DNA of 62,278 bases, counting the filler, from Basidiobolus ranarum (taxonomy: Eukaryota): NCBI GenBank assembly GCA_040143965.1. It is 33 parts of 33 records of this genome, joined end to end, with 100 filler letters (N's around TTAATTAATTAA, not from the genome) between each part and the next. Parts side by side here need not be neighbours in the genome. Positions count along the whole stretch, not along the records: positions 13,274 to 15,067 come from JASJQH010011193.1; positions 15,168 to 16,961 come from JASJQH010011194.1; positions 17,062 to 18,855 come from JASJQH010011195.1; positions 18,956 to 20,748 come from JASJQH010011196.1; positions 20,849 to 22,640 come from JASJQH010011197.1; positions 22,741 to 24,532 come from JASJQH010011198.1; positions 24,633 to 26,424 come from JASJQH010011199.1; positions 26,525 to 28,315 come from JASJQH010011200.1; 25 more parts are not named here. One strand, written 5' to 3'. The notes beneath the pieces are model-generated. The model saw only the letters and a list, made by a program, of their open reading frames with translations. It ran no database searches and was not told the origin of the DNA. This document shows positions 13,274 through 26,661 of this stretch, piece after piece (the first letter of the stretch is position 1; each line of letters starts with the position of its first letter). A program made the translations under genes and the position numbers.

Positions 13274-15067
13274 TAAGCGACAATATTACTCATCTTCATT
13301 GATGATAAATCTCACTTCACAGTTTCATAACTTTTGTTGAGCAAAGGAGAAGTGTTTCAATATTCCAAGATATATGAAGCAATGACCACAACCATAACAG
13401 GAAGAAAAATCAAATACATGTGCCATGATAATGGAACTGAATTTGGCAATATAGCCATGACTAGCTTATGTCAAGAAAAGGGAAATCAGCAGCAATTTAC
13501 TATTCCATATATAGTGCAGAACAAAATGGAGTTGCAGAAAGGATAAATAGGACTTTAGTAGAGAAAGCACATACAATGCTCATTAATTCAGATCTCCCTA
13601 AGACCTATTGGGGTGAACCAATTTTAACAGCTACATATCTCTAAAATAGTAGTCCAACATGTAGCAACCATAACTCTGAAACTCCTATTGAAATTTGGAC
13701 TGGAAACAAGCCTAATCTGAATCTCCTCAGAACTTTTGGATCAATAGTATATGCTCATATTCCTAAACCTCAGCATAGGAAATTGGACAAAAAGGCAATT
13801 AAATGTATCCTTTTAGGATATCAGAACAAAGGCTACCTGCTCCTAATTGCTGGCACAAATTAAATCATCAACTCCATAGATACTATATTCATTGAAGAAA
13901 ATCTCAAATCTTCTAATCAAGGGAATTTGATTTTGGCTGAAAATCAATTTCTCAATAACTCCAATTCTGAGTTAAGAAGTTCTGAAGCCAATCTTGAGCC
14001 AACAAGTACTGAAACCAACTTGGAAAGTGATACAGTGGAAATAGATACTGGAATTAGCCCAAATTTGGAATCTGAAACTATCCATCAATATTATCCAAAT
14101 TTAGAAAATATCACATCTGGGACAGGATATAAAACATCAGCCACCAATGAATATATGACAAAGCTCAAATCAAAACTAATCCCTGTGGTGAATATTCCTA
14201 GCAGAAAACCAACATGCAATAACCCTGTCTCAAACTTCACTACAAGTATTGAAACCAAGGAGAACAAACTATTAAAGGATATTCTGGAATCAAGCAGCTA
14301 TATGAGTAGTGAAACATTAGGCATCACTGGAAATGCACCAATTTATACAAGAAAACCTGATAATTATTCTGAGGATACTGATAATTTGGAACCAGCTTCT
14401 GAAAATCAGTATATTATCTCTGCCATTGAAAAATATGGTAATCAGAAAAAGGATATTTTTCCAGCCAGTCAGGATTCAGGAAATAGGGCTCAGAAACAAG
14501 GCAATAATTATCTGATCAATCACATATCTAAGAAATATCCTACTCTCAATTTGGCTGATATTGGATGCTATCAATTTTTGGAAGTATGCAATCACAAAAT
14601 TCAGGCAATCAGGTCTCAGAAATCCTCCCAAGTGGAAATCAGAAACATCCTGTAAGTGAAACATCTGACCATTCTACCAAGGACTTTGGATGTCTCAAAT
14701 CAGAGCATGAAATGAACAGTTCAATTCAGAAAAAGGGTTGAATATATCTGCGCATATAGCATTTTCTGAACCAGGAAATTTGACAAAAGCTCTGAAATCT
14801 GATGAATTGACAGAATGAGAAAAGCCACTGATGATGAAACTCACTCCCAAATCAAGAATAACTCATGGATCATTGTGGACTTATCTACTGGAAGAGAAAC
14901 TATTGGTAATTGATAGGTGCCGAAACTGAAACTTAACTCAGATGGATCTATCAACCAGTACAAAGCAAGGGTAGTAGTAAAAGGCTATGCTCAGAAACAT
15001 GGCATTGACTAAGATGATGAAACATTTTCTCCGGTTGCTAAGTTTACCTCAATGAGAGTAATCCTTG
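13274..15067 (+). mobile_element. Ty1/Copia pol remnant, second family (integrase, linker, RT)
   Basis: [63 protein letters not shown]. Confidence 0.92.
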
Positions 15068-15167
15068 NNNNNNNNNNNNNNNNNNNNNNNNNNNNNNNNN
15101 NNNNNNNNNNNTTAATTAATTAANNNNNNNNNNNNNNNNNNNNNNNNNNNNNNNNNNNNNNNNNNNN

Positions 15168-15897
15168 AAAATGCAATGACCCAAATATAGATCATTAATC
15201 CTATACCAAAGTACTCACCGTAAAGCTGATGGTATTACCGGTATACTTGGTGGATATCACCACCAGAATCTGAAAAGTCAAGGTTACTTTGAGATCACAT
15301 ATGCACATGCATTTGCATTGGCTCTGGATGATTTCTCACTAAACAAATATACCATTGGAAAGGCTTGCTGGCCAATACTTTTAATCAACTTAAATCTTCC
15401 TTCTTTGGAATGGTATAAGAGTCATAATATTTTGATACTATCCATTGTATCTGGACTTAAATCACCAGTACTTATAGATAGTTTCTTGGAGCCTTTGATT
15501 GTGGAATTTGAATGGTTGTCTAATGGGGTTCAGATGGGTGAATAATATATTAAAGCTAATACCATTGTATGTATTGGTGACACTCCTGCCATTGGTAAAC
15601 TTGGAGGTTTTTGTGGGCACAATGCACTATCTTGCTGTAGATTCTGTCAAATCAATGGAGTTAACCCTATCAGGCATATGCAGCACTACTATCCAAATAC
15701 TACACTAATCTCCATGATTTTACCTTCAAGAGCCCAGTCAAATTTCAACATGATTACTGATATCAATTCACCAAATGGTCAGTCTAACATCAAACTTGGT
15801 GTTAGCCATTAGCCTAAGATTATATTGCTAAAGGGGATTGGCTGGAGCCAGAGCTTCCCATTAGGCACTATGCACTTACTATTCAACAACATTCCAA
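15168..15897 (+). mobile_element. CACTA-like transposase pseudogene
   Basis: CWPILLINLNLP, IDSFLEPLIVEFEWLSNGV, GDTPA, GHNALSCCRFC, FPLGTMHLLFNN. Confidence 0.85.
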
Positions 15898-16456
15898 GGG
15901 TTAGTTCCTTTTCATCTCCAGTGACTACTTCTCAAAGCTCCCTGTTTTCCAGCATGTTTTCATCTTTAACTTCCAGAAATTGTATTTTCTCCATCAAGCT
16001 TTTCAATACTTGAGTTAATAACAGTGGTAGCAGTGGTTTCTGTCATGCTTTAAGGTTCAGAACATGGGGCTCATAACTTATTGAGAAAATATGGGCTGTT
16101 AGGAGGAACTTTAGAAAAGTGTAGTTGTGAATAGCTTTGTGAGATAATCATTTATTGTCAAGAAATAAAGTGTGTATACATTTTGGTGGAAATACAGAAA
16201 ACTAACACTGGGGCTGTGTTCAGAACCTCTATGATAGTAAAATGAGCTATCTTTGTAGATATTTGGACTAGTTTGAAATTTCCAATATGGAATTGCTAAT
16301 TCTCACATCATTCACATATATATATAACATATGTTTCAATTTGGAGTTAAGTGATATTTGATTAAGTAATGTTAACTAACTTATAAGTGATATATGAAGA
16401 AGTTAGGTATATAAGGATAGAGATAACAAATATGATAAAGATAATAAACTTCAATA
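15898..16456 (-). mobile_element. Copia 5' LTR-A (16079-16456), primer-binding site and gag start
   Basis: Minus strand: LTR, then AGTTATGAGCCC, then MTETTATTVINSSIEKLDGEN..FWKLKM. Confidence 0.8.
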
Positions 16457-17061
16457 TTACCATATGCTAATTGCATTAATGATGTATCAGCAATATCAGT
16501 GATGAATGTAATGCAATGGGTTAAGGAGACTCCAGAGTGTGTTAACCTTCCAACAAATGGCTCTTTTCAATGTGCTTATGGGTTTTTGCATTGTGTGAGC
16601 ACAAAAACCACAACAAAGCCCAATCCATGGACACAGAGTAAGTAACTCTATAATTGGACTAATTTGCTGGTGTGACAATCCAACAGTTCTTTTAGGAAAG
16701 CTGCATGACAGACTTCTTAGTGAGATAGATCAAGATATGCACTATTATTGTTTTAGCCATGGGGTAATCTATTCCAGCAATGACTCATCTACTTGTGGCC
16801 GGACATTTGTTGACTGCAAGTTGGGGATATATTAGCTGAATTTTTTACAGAAATTTGCCAAAATCCAAGAGCTTATTCTCATTGTGAATGGTAACAAGAG
16901 GCAGCTATTTGCCAAGTGTCAGTGCTATTCAAAATTTCAGATGTTTAGCAATTTTTCCACCNNNNNNNNNNNNNNNNNNNNNNNNNNNNNNNNNNNNNNN
17001 NNNNNTTAATTAATTAANNNNNNNNNNNNNNNNNNNNNNNNNNNNNNNNNNNNNNNNNNNN

Positions 17062-17370
17062 ACAGTAGGCGGTACAACCCCACTTCAGAACAGCCTTAGA
17101 GACTTTGTCGAGACCTTCAGCGAGAGTCTCACGATCAGCAGTGAAATCAACACCAACAGCACCGTTCAACTGAATATCAACGTAACCAGGAGAGAGGATA
17201 GCATTCTCAGCATCGAATACAACATCAGGAGAGGATTGGTCGTCCCAGAAGAAGCTCTTGCCGTCGACAAATTTGCCATCCTTTACGTAGAGGTAATCAC
17301 CGGTAATAATTTTTCCGTCGCGAACAATGCGACCGTTCACGATCTTAATGACTTTGCCCTGAGTGGACAT
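17062..17370 (-). CDS. nagA: N-acetylglucosamine-6-phosphate deacetylase, N-terminal part (downstream copy)
   Basis: MSTQGKVIKIVNGRIVR...ILSPGYVDIQLNGAVGVDF...GCTAYC, the NagA/AMDHD2 PGxxDxQxNG motif; TATAAA at 17429-17434; truncated by the contig end. Confidence 0.93.
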
Positions 17371-18621
17371 TATTGTAGAGGAGATCAAGGAATATTTTTC
17401 TAGTGAATGAGGTGAGATGTGAGCTGTCTTTATATGAGATTCAGTAGTTACCCTGAAGTTACCGTTTCCCAATTAACATCTGAATTGGCAATTCTAGAAT
17501 CATTCAAGATTCGCACATTCCTTTGTCCACCCCATAGTTGATGGAACTTTTTAATATTCGAGCGAGTTTCCATTTTCCATTTGATAATACCAGACAACAT
17601 TTTCCTTCATAATTGCCTATTTTGAACGTTGCCTATGTCGGAGAACACTTTCAATACCAAATAAAGCAATTACGTTTTGATTGGAAGAAGCCGGATATAA
17701 CTAGTTCTTAGCCCTTTGTCAAATCATACGTAGTGCAAATGGCTGAAAAGGGCTCGTCGTATTCTGCATTGATGTTTGCCACTATACATGGATCTCGACA
17801 GCAGCGGATCCAATAAAGACTGATACAGGTTAAAGTCGACTAAATCTTTATCTATCAGCCACGCTTGTGAAATCATTTTTGCCTCATGTCATATCCGTAT
17901 GTCTGCTTACACAGCCTCGCTTATAAACGAATCACCCCACACCCAATATTTCCTTTCGTGGATACATAGGATCAATAGAGGGTCCATGTGGGATCAACTC
18001 AGTTTTCTAGAGTTTCACGATGCGTCATGAATATACTTTTCAATCATCACTTCCCACCATCTTCTGGAGTCGTCTAACATGGTACAATCGGGTTTTGTTA
18101 AATTCCAATGGGTAAGCTTGAATATGCTATGTGGTGGTGTGCGGATAGATTAGTGGCAGTCTGCATTTAATATATTAAGTAACATTATAAAGATTGAACC
18201 AGAAACGTATCAGATAAAACCATATCACTGACGGATTCTCAATGGATTGAAGTTACTCAAAACCCAGCCATAAGTGTCATTTATAATATTCTTGTTTATT
18301 GAAGGATACAGTAAGCATTGGTTGTACCGCTCAACAATCATTCAATAATCCTGAATGAAAGTACAAGTGAAATGTACACTGCATAAACGTGACTGATGAA
18401 TGACTTTATGTAACTGAGATGACATAGCGATGGTGATGTCAAAATAATAAGAGCTAGATCGGTATCAACTATACAAAAGTCAGCAATCTCATTAAATGGT
18501 ATCTTGATATTTTAGAGAGTTTATAGGACTCCATAACATAAAGGTAGTAATTACAAAGCATAATAATAATATTACAGAGTTAAGAAGGGGCAGTTAATGA
18601 AACAGTAATCACAATTGAGCT

Positions 18622-18855
18622 CTAGATCTGAATTTCATGACCTGCAACAAACACACGCTTAACATTCAGTTCATCATCAAGGAACAAGAAATCAGCATCA
18701 GCACCAGCATTGAATGTTCCCTTCTTATGTGTGATGTTAAGTGACTCAGCTGGGCGGAGGGTGGCCGCTTCAATAGCCTCGACAATCGAACATCCTGTAA
18801 ACTTACGGAAGTTCTTGACGCACTCATCCATCGTGATCACAGACCCAGCGAGGAT
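18622..18855 (-). CDS. nagA: N-acetylglucosamine-6-phosphate deacetylase, C-terminal part (upstream copy)
   Basis: ILAGSVITMDECVKNF...AIEAATLRPAESL...KKGTFNAGADADFLFLD...VFVAG stop. Confidence 0.92.
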   Translation of the reverse strand: MLAGSVITMDECVKNFRKFTGCSIVEAIEAATLRPAESLNITHKKGTFNAGADADFLFLDDELNVKRVFVAGHEIQI

Positions 18856-18955
18856 NNNNNNNNNNNNNNNNNNNNNNNNNNNNNNNNNNNNNNNNNNNNT
18901 TAATTAATTAANNNNNNNNNNNNNNNNNNNNNNNNNNNNNNNNNNNNNNNNNNNN

Positions 18956-19253
18956 GCATTATTTGGATACCATGCATTTTTGAATCCGTGAGTGTACGCG
19001 TGTATGCATGCGCATTGAACTTGCTTAGCAATTTTGAAATAAAGCCAAGCCATAATGCGTCAAAGAGCAACTGTGTGTGAGTCTGCGGAGGTAGCGGAAT
19101 ATTGTGGACTTCTGAAAGTACTCTGCCTATCATTGTTGTAGCCAATATATGCTCCTTGGACTCTTTTCCCGAAGCTCTCGAGGATAAAATGGTGAAGTTG
19201 TGCTTTATTTCAGCGTATGATTGTTGGAATACGCTAGGTGTCATATAAGACAT
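18956..19253 (-). CDS. Hypothetical protein, 3' truncated
   Basis: Open frame 19334-18956 in CpG-normal DNA just downstream of IF-2; no recognised domain. Confidence 0.4.
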
Positions 19254-19582
19254 AAAAGCAGCTACTTGGGCTTCAGGCGCAGTAATAAAGATTGAGCCGG
19301 AGAGAGGGTCAGGGCAGGGATATGTGATCCAACCCTAAACATTGATATGCCAGATGCAATACAGAAAAGTTAGAGATACATCTAACAAATAGGTGGGCTC
19401 TATGCTCGATGAGGGAGGGGAGGAGAGGATGAATGAATGCCAAAGCTTGAATGTCACGTATTGGTCATAATTGTAAAATAGACACAAGTAAACTGCCAAT
19501 AATAAAGGTCATGACTGAATATATGCTCAGCATAACTCTCTGTGGAGAGACTATAAAGTTTACTTTGATTCAAATTGTGGTT

Positions 19583-20748
19583 TTAAAGTTGGCGTAGTAC
19601 TTCAATGGTTTCAATACTTTGAATGATATCACCTTCCTGAAAATCATTAAACCCCTCGAACGATAAACCACATTCGATGCCCTTTTTAGCCTCTGTAACA
19701 TCAGTTTTGACCTGTTTCAAAGAACTGAGGGAGCCTATGCACGCTTGAGTTAATATTAATAGACTCGGCTATTGAATATAGAAGAAGCACTTTACCTTCA
19801 AAAACGGTTTTCTCTTTTCTAATAATTCTAATCTTGTTGTTTTTCAAAATGGATCCATTGGTCACCCTACAGCCTGCGACGGGTGAGGTAACTCTACCTT
19901 TGACGTTGATTTGGAAAACTTGTTGAATTTTCGCTTCACCAGCCACTCTGGTGGTGTATTCAGGTGGAAGTAATCTAGCTAGCATCGATTTTGCATCCTC
20001 TAGCAACTTATAGATGATGGTGTGACTTTTAACTTCTACTTTCTTGAGTTTTGCTTTTGCCATGGTTTGTTTATCTCCTTTGACATTAAAGCCGAGAACG
20101 AATCCATCACAGGCAGCTGCCATATCTACGTCGGCTTCAGTAATAGCTCCAACATTTGAGTGAATCACTTTCAAACGAACTTCTTTTGAAGGAAGCCCCC
20201 CTAAAGAAGCTACGACTGCTTCAACTGTTCCACTCACGTCTCCTTTTACAATAACAGGTAACTCAATAATTGGAATTTTATCTACTTCATCATCTACCGG
20301 TTTGGTTTCACTTCGTTCTAACGTAGGATATACAGATCTTAAGCCGTGATAATACTCCCAAACTTCTCTTTTGAATTTCTTTTCCTTCAGACGTTCTTCA
20401 AACTGTTCCTCACGTTCTTTTTGTCGTCTTTCACGAATTACTTCAATATCTTTCATCTCAACCTCACGTGTTGCGCGGATTCTACGGTTTTCAACGACTA
20501 GCTTGGCTAAAGACTACCCATTGTTTTGGTTCAGGAATGGCTTCCTTTGAAAATTATTCAAATCATGTATAACTTACTTCATCTTCAGCCTCTAACATCT
20601 CATTGCCAGCTTTGGGAAGATCCTTCCATCCTATTATTCTTACAGGAGTTCCAGGGCCGGCTGCATTTACAATTTTTCCTTTATCATCAATCATACGGCG
20701 AATTTTGCCCCAAGAGGTACATGGCATGACTTTAAATAATTCCGGCGT
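19583..20748 (-). CDS. IFM1: Mitochondrial translation initiation factor IF-2, C-terminal part; exons 20748-20578, 20513-19796, 19734-19583
   Basis: AGPGTPVRIIGWKDLPKAG, IVKGDVSGTVEA, VGAITEADV, GFNV, IIYKLLED, VAGCRVTNG, SLKQVK..KGIECGL; GT-AG introns of 64 and 61 bp restore the frame. Confidence 0.95.
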
Positions 20749-20848
20749 NNNNNNNNNNNNNNNNNNNNNNNNNNNNNNNNNNNNNNNNNNNNTTAATTAA
20801 TTAANNNNNNNNNNNNNNNNNNNNNNNNNNNNNNNNNNNNNNNNNNNN

Positions 20849-21091
20849 GATATAAGCATGGTCAGGTGAACTTCCAAGGAAGGGCTTGGCAGAAATACAC
20901 CATGTGTGGGATGACATAGTTGGTTAGGTTTCATGGAATATTCCAAAGAACATGACTTCCATATAAGGTAATCTGGATAAACTAACACCAGATTACCAAG
21001 AAGGGATGGCACCGCAGATATGATGTCTTTATTTAATAATGGAAGAGATCTATTTGCAGTGGATCAGTATGCTGAGATCAGAGTCATGACA
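20849..21091 (-). repeat. Gypsy-type LTR terminus (family E)
   Basis: Copies at 43530-43915 and 45417-45820 all end ...CATGACA (TGTCATG on the minus strand); an internal piece lies at 60496-60760. Gypsy assignment rests on terminus style only. Confidence 0.65.
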
Positions 21092-21099
21092 GTGATGAG

Positions 21100-21965
21100 A
21101 ATAAGAGTCTAATTGGGCTTAGTGATGCAGATTAGGGATGTGATATTGGGACAGAAGATCTATTACTGGATATACCTTTCTATATAGTGAAGCAGTCATA
21201 TCTTGGAATAGTAAGAAACAACCCACCATAGCACTTTCAACAACTGAAGCAGAGTACATGGCAGCATCATATACAACAAAGGAGGCTATGTGGTTAAGTG
21301 AACTGATCAAAGACTTGGGCATTTTCAAAGTTCACCCATCATATTTTTCAAGGATAATCAAAGCTGTATTGCTTAAGCAAAAAATCCCAAATTGTTTGCT
21401 TGAAGTAAGCACATTAACATTCAACATCACTTCGTTAGGGAAGCTATTGAGAATAAGCATGTCCAACTAGAGTACTGTCCAACTGAGGACATGATTGCTG
21501 ACCTCCTTACCAAACTATTCCAAGCCAAAATCTGAAGAATTAAGATTTAAGTTAGGACTAAGATATATGAATATTTAATGGAGTGGGAGTGTTGAAGTTT
21601 ATTGTCTTTATCATATTTGTTATATCTATTTTTATACTCCTAACTAATTCCTATTTCACATATAAGTTACTTAACATTCTTAGTCAAATAGCAATTAACT
21701 GCAAATTGGAACATATATTATATATGTATGTGAATAATATAAGAATTAGCAATTCCATATTGGAAATTTCAAACTTGTCCAAATTGCCCCAAAAATAGCT
21801 CATTTGAATCTCACATATGTTCTGAACAAAACATAGTGTTATTTTTCTGTATTTCCACCAAATTGTATAGATGCTTTATTTCCAAACAATAAACAATTAT
21901 CTCACAAAGGTATTTATAACTCCACTTTTCTAAAGTTCCTCCAAACAGCCCATATTTGCCCAATG
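21100..21965 (+). mobile_element. Copia RNase H, polypurine tract and 3' LTR-A (21590-21965)
   Basis: [56 protein letters not shown] then TGTTGAAG. Confidence 0.92.
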
Positions 21966-21969
21966 GATG

Positions 21970-22640
21970 AGAGGCTCTGGCTCCAGCTGATCCCCTTTAG
22001 TAATATAATCTCAGGTTAATAGCCTGTACCAAGTTTGATGTTAGACTGACTATTTGGTGAATTGATATCAGTGATTACATTGAAATCTGACTGGGCTCTT
22101 GATGGTAAAATCATGGAGCATATTGTTGTATTTGCATAGTAGTAATACATATGCCAGATAGAGTAAACTCCATTGATTTGACAAAATCTCAGCATGATAG
22201 TGCATTGTGCCTGCAAAAATCTCTAAGTTTACTGATGGCAGGAGTGTCACCAATACATACAATGATATTATCATTAATAAAATACTCACCCATCTGAACA
22301 CCATTAGATAACCATTCAAATTCCACAATCAAATGCCCCATGAAGCTATCTATAAGCATTGGTAATTTAGGTATAGATATGATGGATTGTATCAAAATAT
22401 TATGACTCTTATACCATTCAGAAGGAGGATCATTAAAGTTGATTAATATTATTAGCCAGCCAGCCTTTCCAATGGTATTTTTGATTAGTGAGAAACCATC
22501 CAGAGCCAATGCAAATGCATGATCATACATATTCTCAAAGAAACCTTGACTTTTCAGATTCTGGTAGTGATATCCATCAAGTATATTGGTAATACCATCA
22601 GCTTTACGGTGAGTACTTTGGTATTGGATCAATGATCTAT
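21970..22640 (-). mobile_element. CACTA-like transposase pseudogene
   Basis: ORF 22189-22632 ALALDGFSL...GDTPAISKL..RHNALSC. Confidence 0.85.
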
Positions 22641-22740
22641 NNNNNNNNNNNNNNNNNNNNNNNNNNNNNNNNNNNNNNNNNNNNTTAATTAATTAANNNN
22701 NNNNNNNNNNNNNNNNNNNNNNNNNNNNNNNNNNNNNNNN

Positions 22741-23310
22741 TGTAATCCAGTTCTGAGGATGTAAATATAGTGTTAAGGGGCAAAGGTGGTAAGCAGAAAG
22801 GAAGATACTCAGTACAAACCAAGTGGACAATAGGACAAAAACCTGGAATAATAGGGAACAAAAAAAGTGTCTGGGAGGCAAGGTATTGCTTCCAAAGTTC
22901 AAGCTGGAAGTGTATAGCAACAATTTTTAGCTGCATAGTTTCATGCAGTTTTAAACCTAGTTCAGAAACAAGAGGGTCATCTTGTATCAGTTTCTAGCAT
23001 GATAGTAAATTTGAAGATAGTGTGGCTAGCCACCTCTTGACTAGTGGATTTCTGCAGTCATTGAGTTGGAGTAAAAATCTAGCCCTCAGTAGTACACAAC
23101 TGCTATGCTATGGGAAGAATACAAATGTTCAATTTAGAACAAGATTGAAGGGAGGCTCAGGCAAGTCAAGCATCAGCAGCCTGAGGCAGTAGCTGATAAA
23201 TCTATCAAGCTTGGAATAGTCTGTCTGTTAAGTGGGAGCAGATGTACTCCATATTCTGAAACTGGCATTACAAACTGCTTGAGAAGTTTTTGCATCCTTG
23301 ATAAGATATA
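22741..23310 (-). mobile_element. Non-LTR retrotransposon, post-RT C-terminal region and 3' UTR
   Basis: LLKQFVMPVSEYGVHLLPL then (frameshift) YSKLDRFISYCLRLL, resembling the K.F.RP..EYG...KL....LR thumb region of LINE RTs. Confidence 0.65.
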
Positions 23311-24260
23311 CCCTAACAGGAATTTAAGGATTGTTATTGTAGGAAAACCATCACAATTTTACTCCATTTGGGATTGACTGTTTACTTACCATCATAAAAT
23401 TGTCAAGTTAGATTTGATTTTGATCAATTTTTTCAGTTTCAGGAGTGAAATTTCAGGATCTTGCAAAATAGTTGTGCATGATTGGCTACAATCTCAGAAA
23501 ACTATGGATCAACACATGTGCAAAAATAATAACTCAAATTTTACACAATTACCACTTGAATGCTTAGCTCATACACAACACAAGTTTGTATCAATAGCTC
23601 CATCAAAGCCCACCATTGCATTAACGTTGCTGAATCAACATTCTTCCAGCTATCTGGCAGATACCCTGCATTATTGTGCCACTCTGTATTAAGTTCTTCT
23701 CATATATCTACATGGTCAACACCAGACTGAATGTCAAGTTGAATGTTCTTCTCCTGAAACCACTTTCTGTATATTTGCACAGCATTTTTCCCTTTGTACT
23801 TTGGAAAATACTCCTCAAGCACTATATATATAGCAGCATATTGCTGTAGCTCAAGTACGGCATTCTAAAGGTCTTGTATCATTGTTGTGTGACTCTCTAA
23901 CTGTTGACTAGTTGCTTCCAAACACTGCATTAATTGCACTATTGCGGCATTATTGCTTGTCATGGCCTGTAGAGCAACTTCATAGTTTTACTTATGATTG
24001 CATACAAATCATTACAAGGTTCAGCCTGCAATTCCCTTGTTGTAATAATTCTATCCAAATTTTCTATGGAAGGTTGTTCAATAGTGGCAAAGTAGCCATT
24101 TTGGAAGTTGATGGTCTTGCTGGTGTTTTGGATGAACTTTGCTCAACTATTGATTAACTATGTAATTGGGGGATTATAATCTGTTCACTTGCACAATTGC
24201 TGGAAAGGAACACACATGGTAAATCAATTAATGCTTAATCACTACTTGAGTTAGTCTCCA
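23311..24260 (+). mobile_element. CACTA-like end B plus deleted ORF2 (ORF on minus strand)
   Basis: CCCTAACAGGAATTTAAGG terminus continuing into sequence homologous to 640-1075, physically linking end B with ORF2. Confidence 0.8.
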
Positions 24261-25189
24261 GTGTTGTGCACCAACATACAAAATTGTTTAACTTACGCCA
24301 TATCTACACAACTTGTATGAATATCTGTTTAGTTTATCATTATTGCTAACTAGTCACCTGACCTTATCCAGTGACTTTATCATGTGACCTATCACCTGAC
24401 TAACTATCTATTTGCTTATCCCTTCTATCAGATCATATGACCTATCACATGATTGTTATCCAATCAGTATTAACCTCTGAGTCATCTGCCTAGACACAAG
24501 TCAATATGAGTCACAAGATTCATAACCAATGANNNNNNNNNNNNNNNNNNNNNNNNNNNNNNNNNNNNNNNNNNNNTTAATTAATTAANNNNNNNNNNNN
24601 NNNNNNNNNNNNNNNNNNNNNNNNNNNNNNNNGTCAAATATCACTTAGCTGAAAATCGGAACATATATTTTATATATATGTGAATTATGTGAGAATTAGC
24701 AATTACATATTGGAAATTTCAAACTCGTCCAAATTGCCCCAAAAATAGCTCATTTTACTCCCACAGATGTTCTGAACACAACCCCAGTGTTAGTTTTCTG
24801 TATTTCCACCAAAATGTATAAATGCTTAATTTCTGGTCAATAAATAATTATCTCACAAAGCTATTCACAACTCCACTTTTCTAAAGTTCCTCCAAACAGC
24901 CCATATTTTCCCAATAAATTGGAGCAGTCCGGACTGTTGCAGTGATGTACTAGATCACTCTAAATCAAAGAGATGCCTAACAAGGGATCTATTTTGCAAG
25001 AAGAATCTACTTAAGTTACCACCAGAATTGTGGTCACACATCCAGCAAGGGCCAGAGCCCAATGAGTTGGTTAATCAGCTAGTAGTCCACATTGACAGCT
25101 ACACCCACTTGGAAGAGTCTGTGATGTTTCTACCATTTTTGATGAGGAGCAAGCAGTTGATGAAGAACAAGAAAGAGGATGGCATGCAA

Positions 25190-25410
25190 TTTACCTGATT
25201 CAAACAAACCAATCAGTGAGCTTTTTACATCTGGTGAAGAGTCAGCTCCAAGGAGTGTGTCACCACAAAGACATACTGGTTTAATATGCATTACTGCATA
25301 ACAAGAACAAAGGCCAACTTCAAGAATTATTGAAACTTCCACTTTGCTGGATGAAGATCTGACACCTCAGAGCAATCTACTAAGACAGCAGACCATTACA
25401 ATGCTGTAGT
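25190..25410 (+). repeat. Dispersed repeat, possibly a retroelement gag N-terminal region
   Basis: Homologous to 31610-31830 (LPDSNKPISELFTSGEESAP frame); CpG-poor. Confidence 0.5.
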
Positions 25411-26661
25411 TGTTTTAGGGTGTAGGCAGCAACTTTAACTGCAATATTCTAAGGGTTTTGAGAGTTGTTTAAAGGGTGCAATAACCACAGTTGAATAACT
25501 CTGGGATGTACCATAATATAGGTCTGTCTCTTGCCTCTTGAGTCATTGTGAAAGGGAAAAAAGCCTCTAGAAATGGCTAACAACTGACAAACTACAACGC
25601 AGTGTCCAGCTTTCTGTTGAATAATATGCTGGCACTGACAAAAGAATATACTGGCTTCAATGTCAATTGAGAATGATTGGATAAAAAGAATACATCCAAT
25701 CAAAAACAACTGTAAACTCAACCAGCAGGGTCTTGAATGAAGATGCACTAGTAGTGATTTATCCATGGATGTCAAAAGTTCCTTCCCTGTGCAGACACAG
25801 GTAGGGAAAAAAATATAAAGTATCAGAACTATAACACCTACCTGTGTGTACTTCCTCTGAGCCATTCAAGTCCTTTCTAGTCACACAGTAGCCTATAACT
25901 GTCTCTAGTAGTCTCTGTTGACCTTTCTCTTCAAAGGTCTTGCAAGTGGTGATGAAAATAAGGGTTGATCACAAGTAGTAATTGTCAGTTGAAAACCAGG
26001 ATAATTTTTATTTGAAAAGACATGGCTCCTACTTATACTTTTCTGAAGGTAGAAATCATTACTAATGATAGTTTTGATAAAGATCCAGAGAATTCAATTG
26101 GTAGGGATCTGGGGCTATGATAGAATAATAAATCATAAGATTAGTAGTCAATGGAATGTTCTGGAAGGTTGTAGAATAATCCAGAAAGTCATGGAATATT
26201 CTGGCAAAATCAAGCTTTGATTGGTCAAAATTCAATGGATCATCAAATATTCCAAGAATCTTCTGGATTGTAGAACTTTCCTGAAAAAAATAGTGCTAAT
26301 GTAGGTTCATACTGACTAATCTCAAATGATTAGTGATAAAACTAATGGTGTGATATGATTGGCTAAAAATATGAGTAAGTCAAATATGGATAATAAAATA
26401 GAAAAATAGTGATAGTAATGATATNNNNNNNNNNNNNNNNNNNNNNNNNNNNNNNNNNNNNNNNNNNNTTAATTAATTAANNNNNNNNNNNNNNNNNNNN
26501 NNNNNNNNNNNNNNNNNNNNNNNNAGATATATGAATCTATATATAACCTTGAGTTGATTAGGCTAATAACAATATATCTGTGCTATAGATATGCATTTCG
26601 AATTGTCCATGACTTTTTGCAGCAAGCTTGCAAAAGTAAAGGAATAAGTGTCACATAGTGT

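Noticed and set aside
17371..17472. N-terminal extension of NagA in the ORF track
   Set aside because: Starts at TTG upstream of the TATA box; ATG 17370 fits a eukaryotic start.
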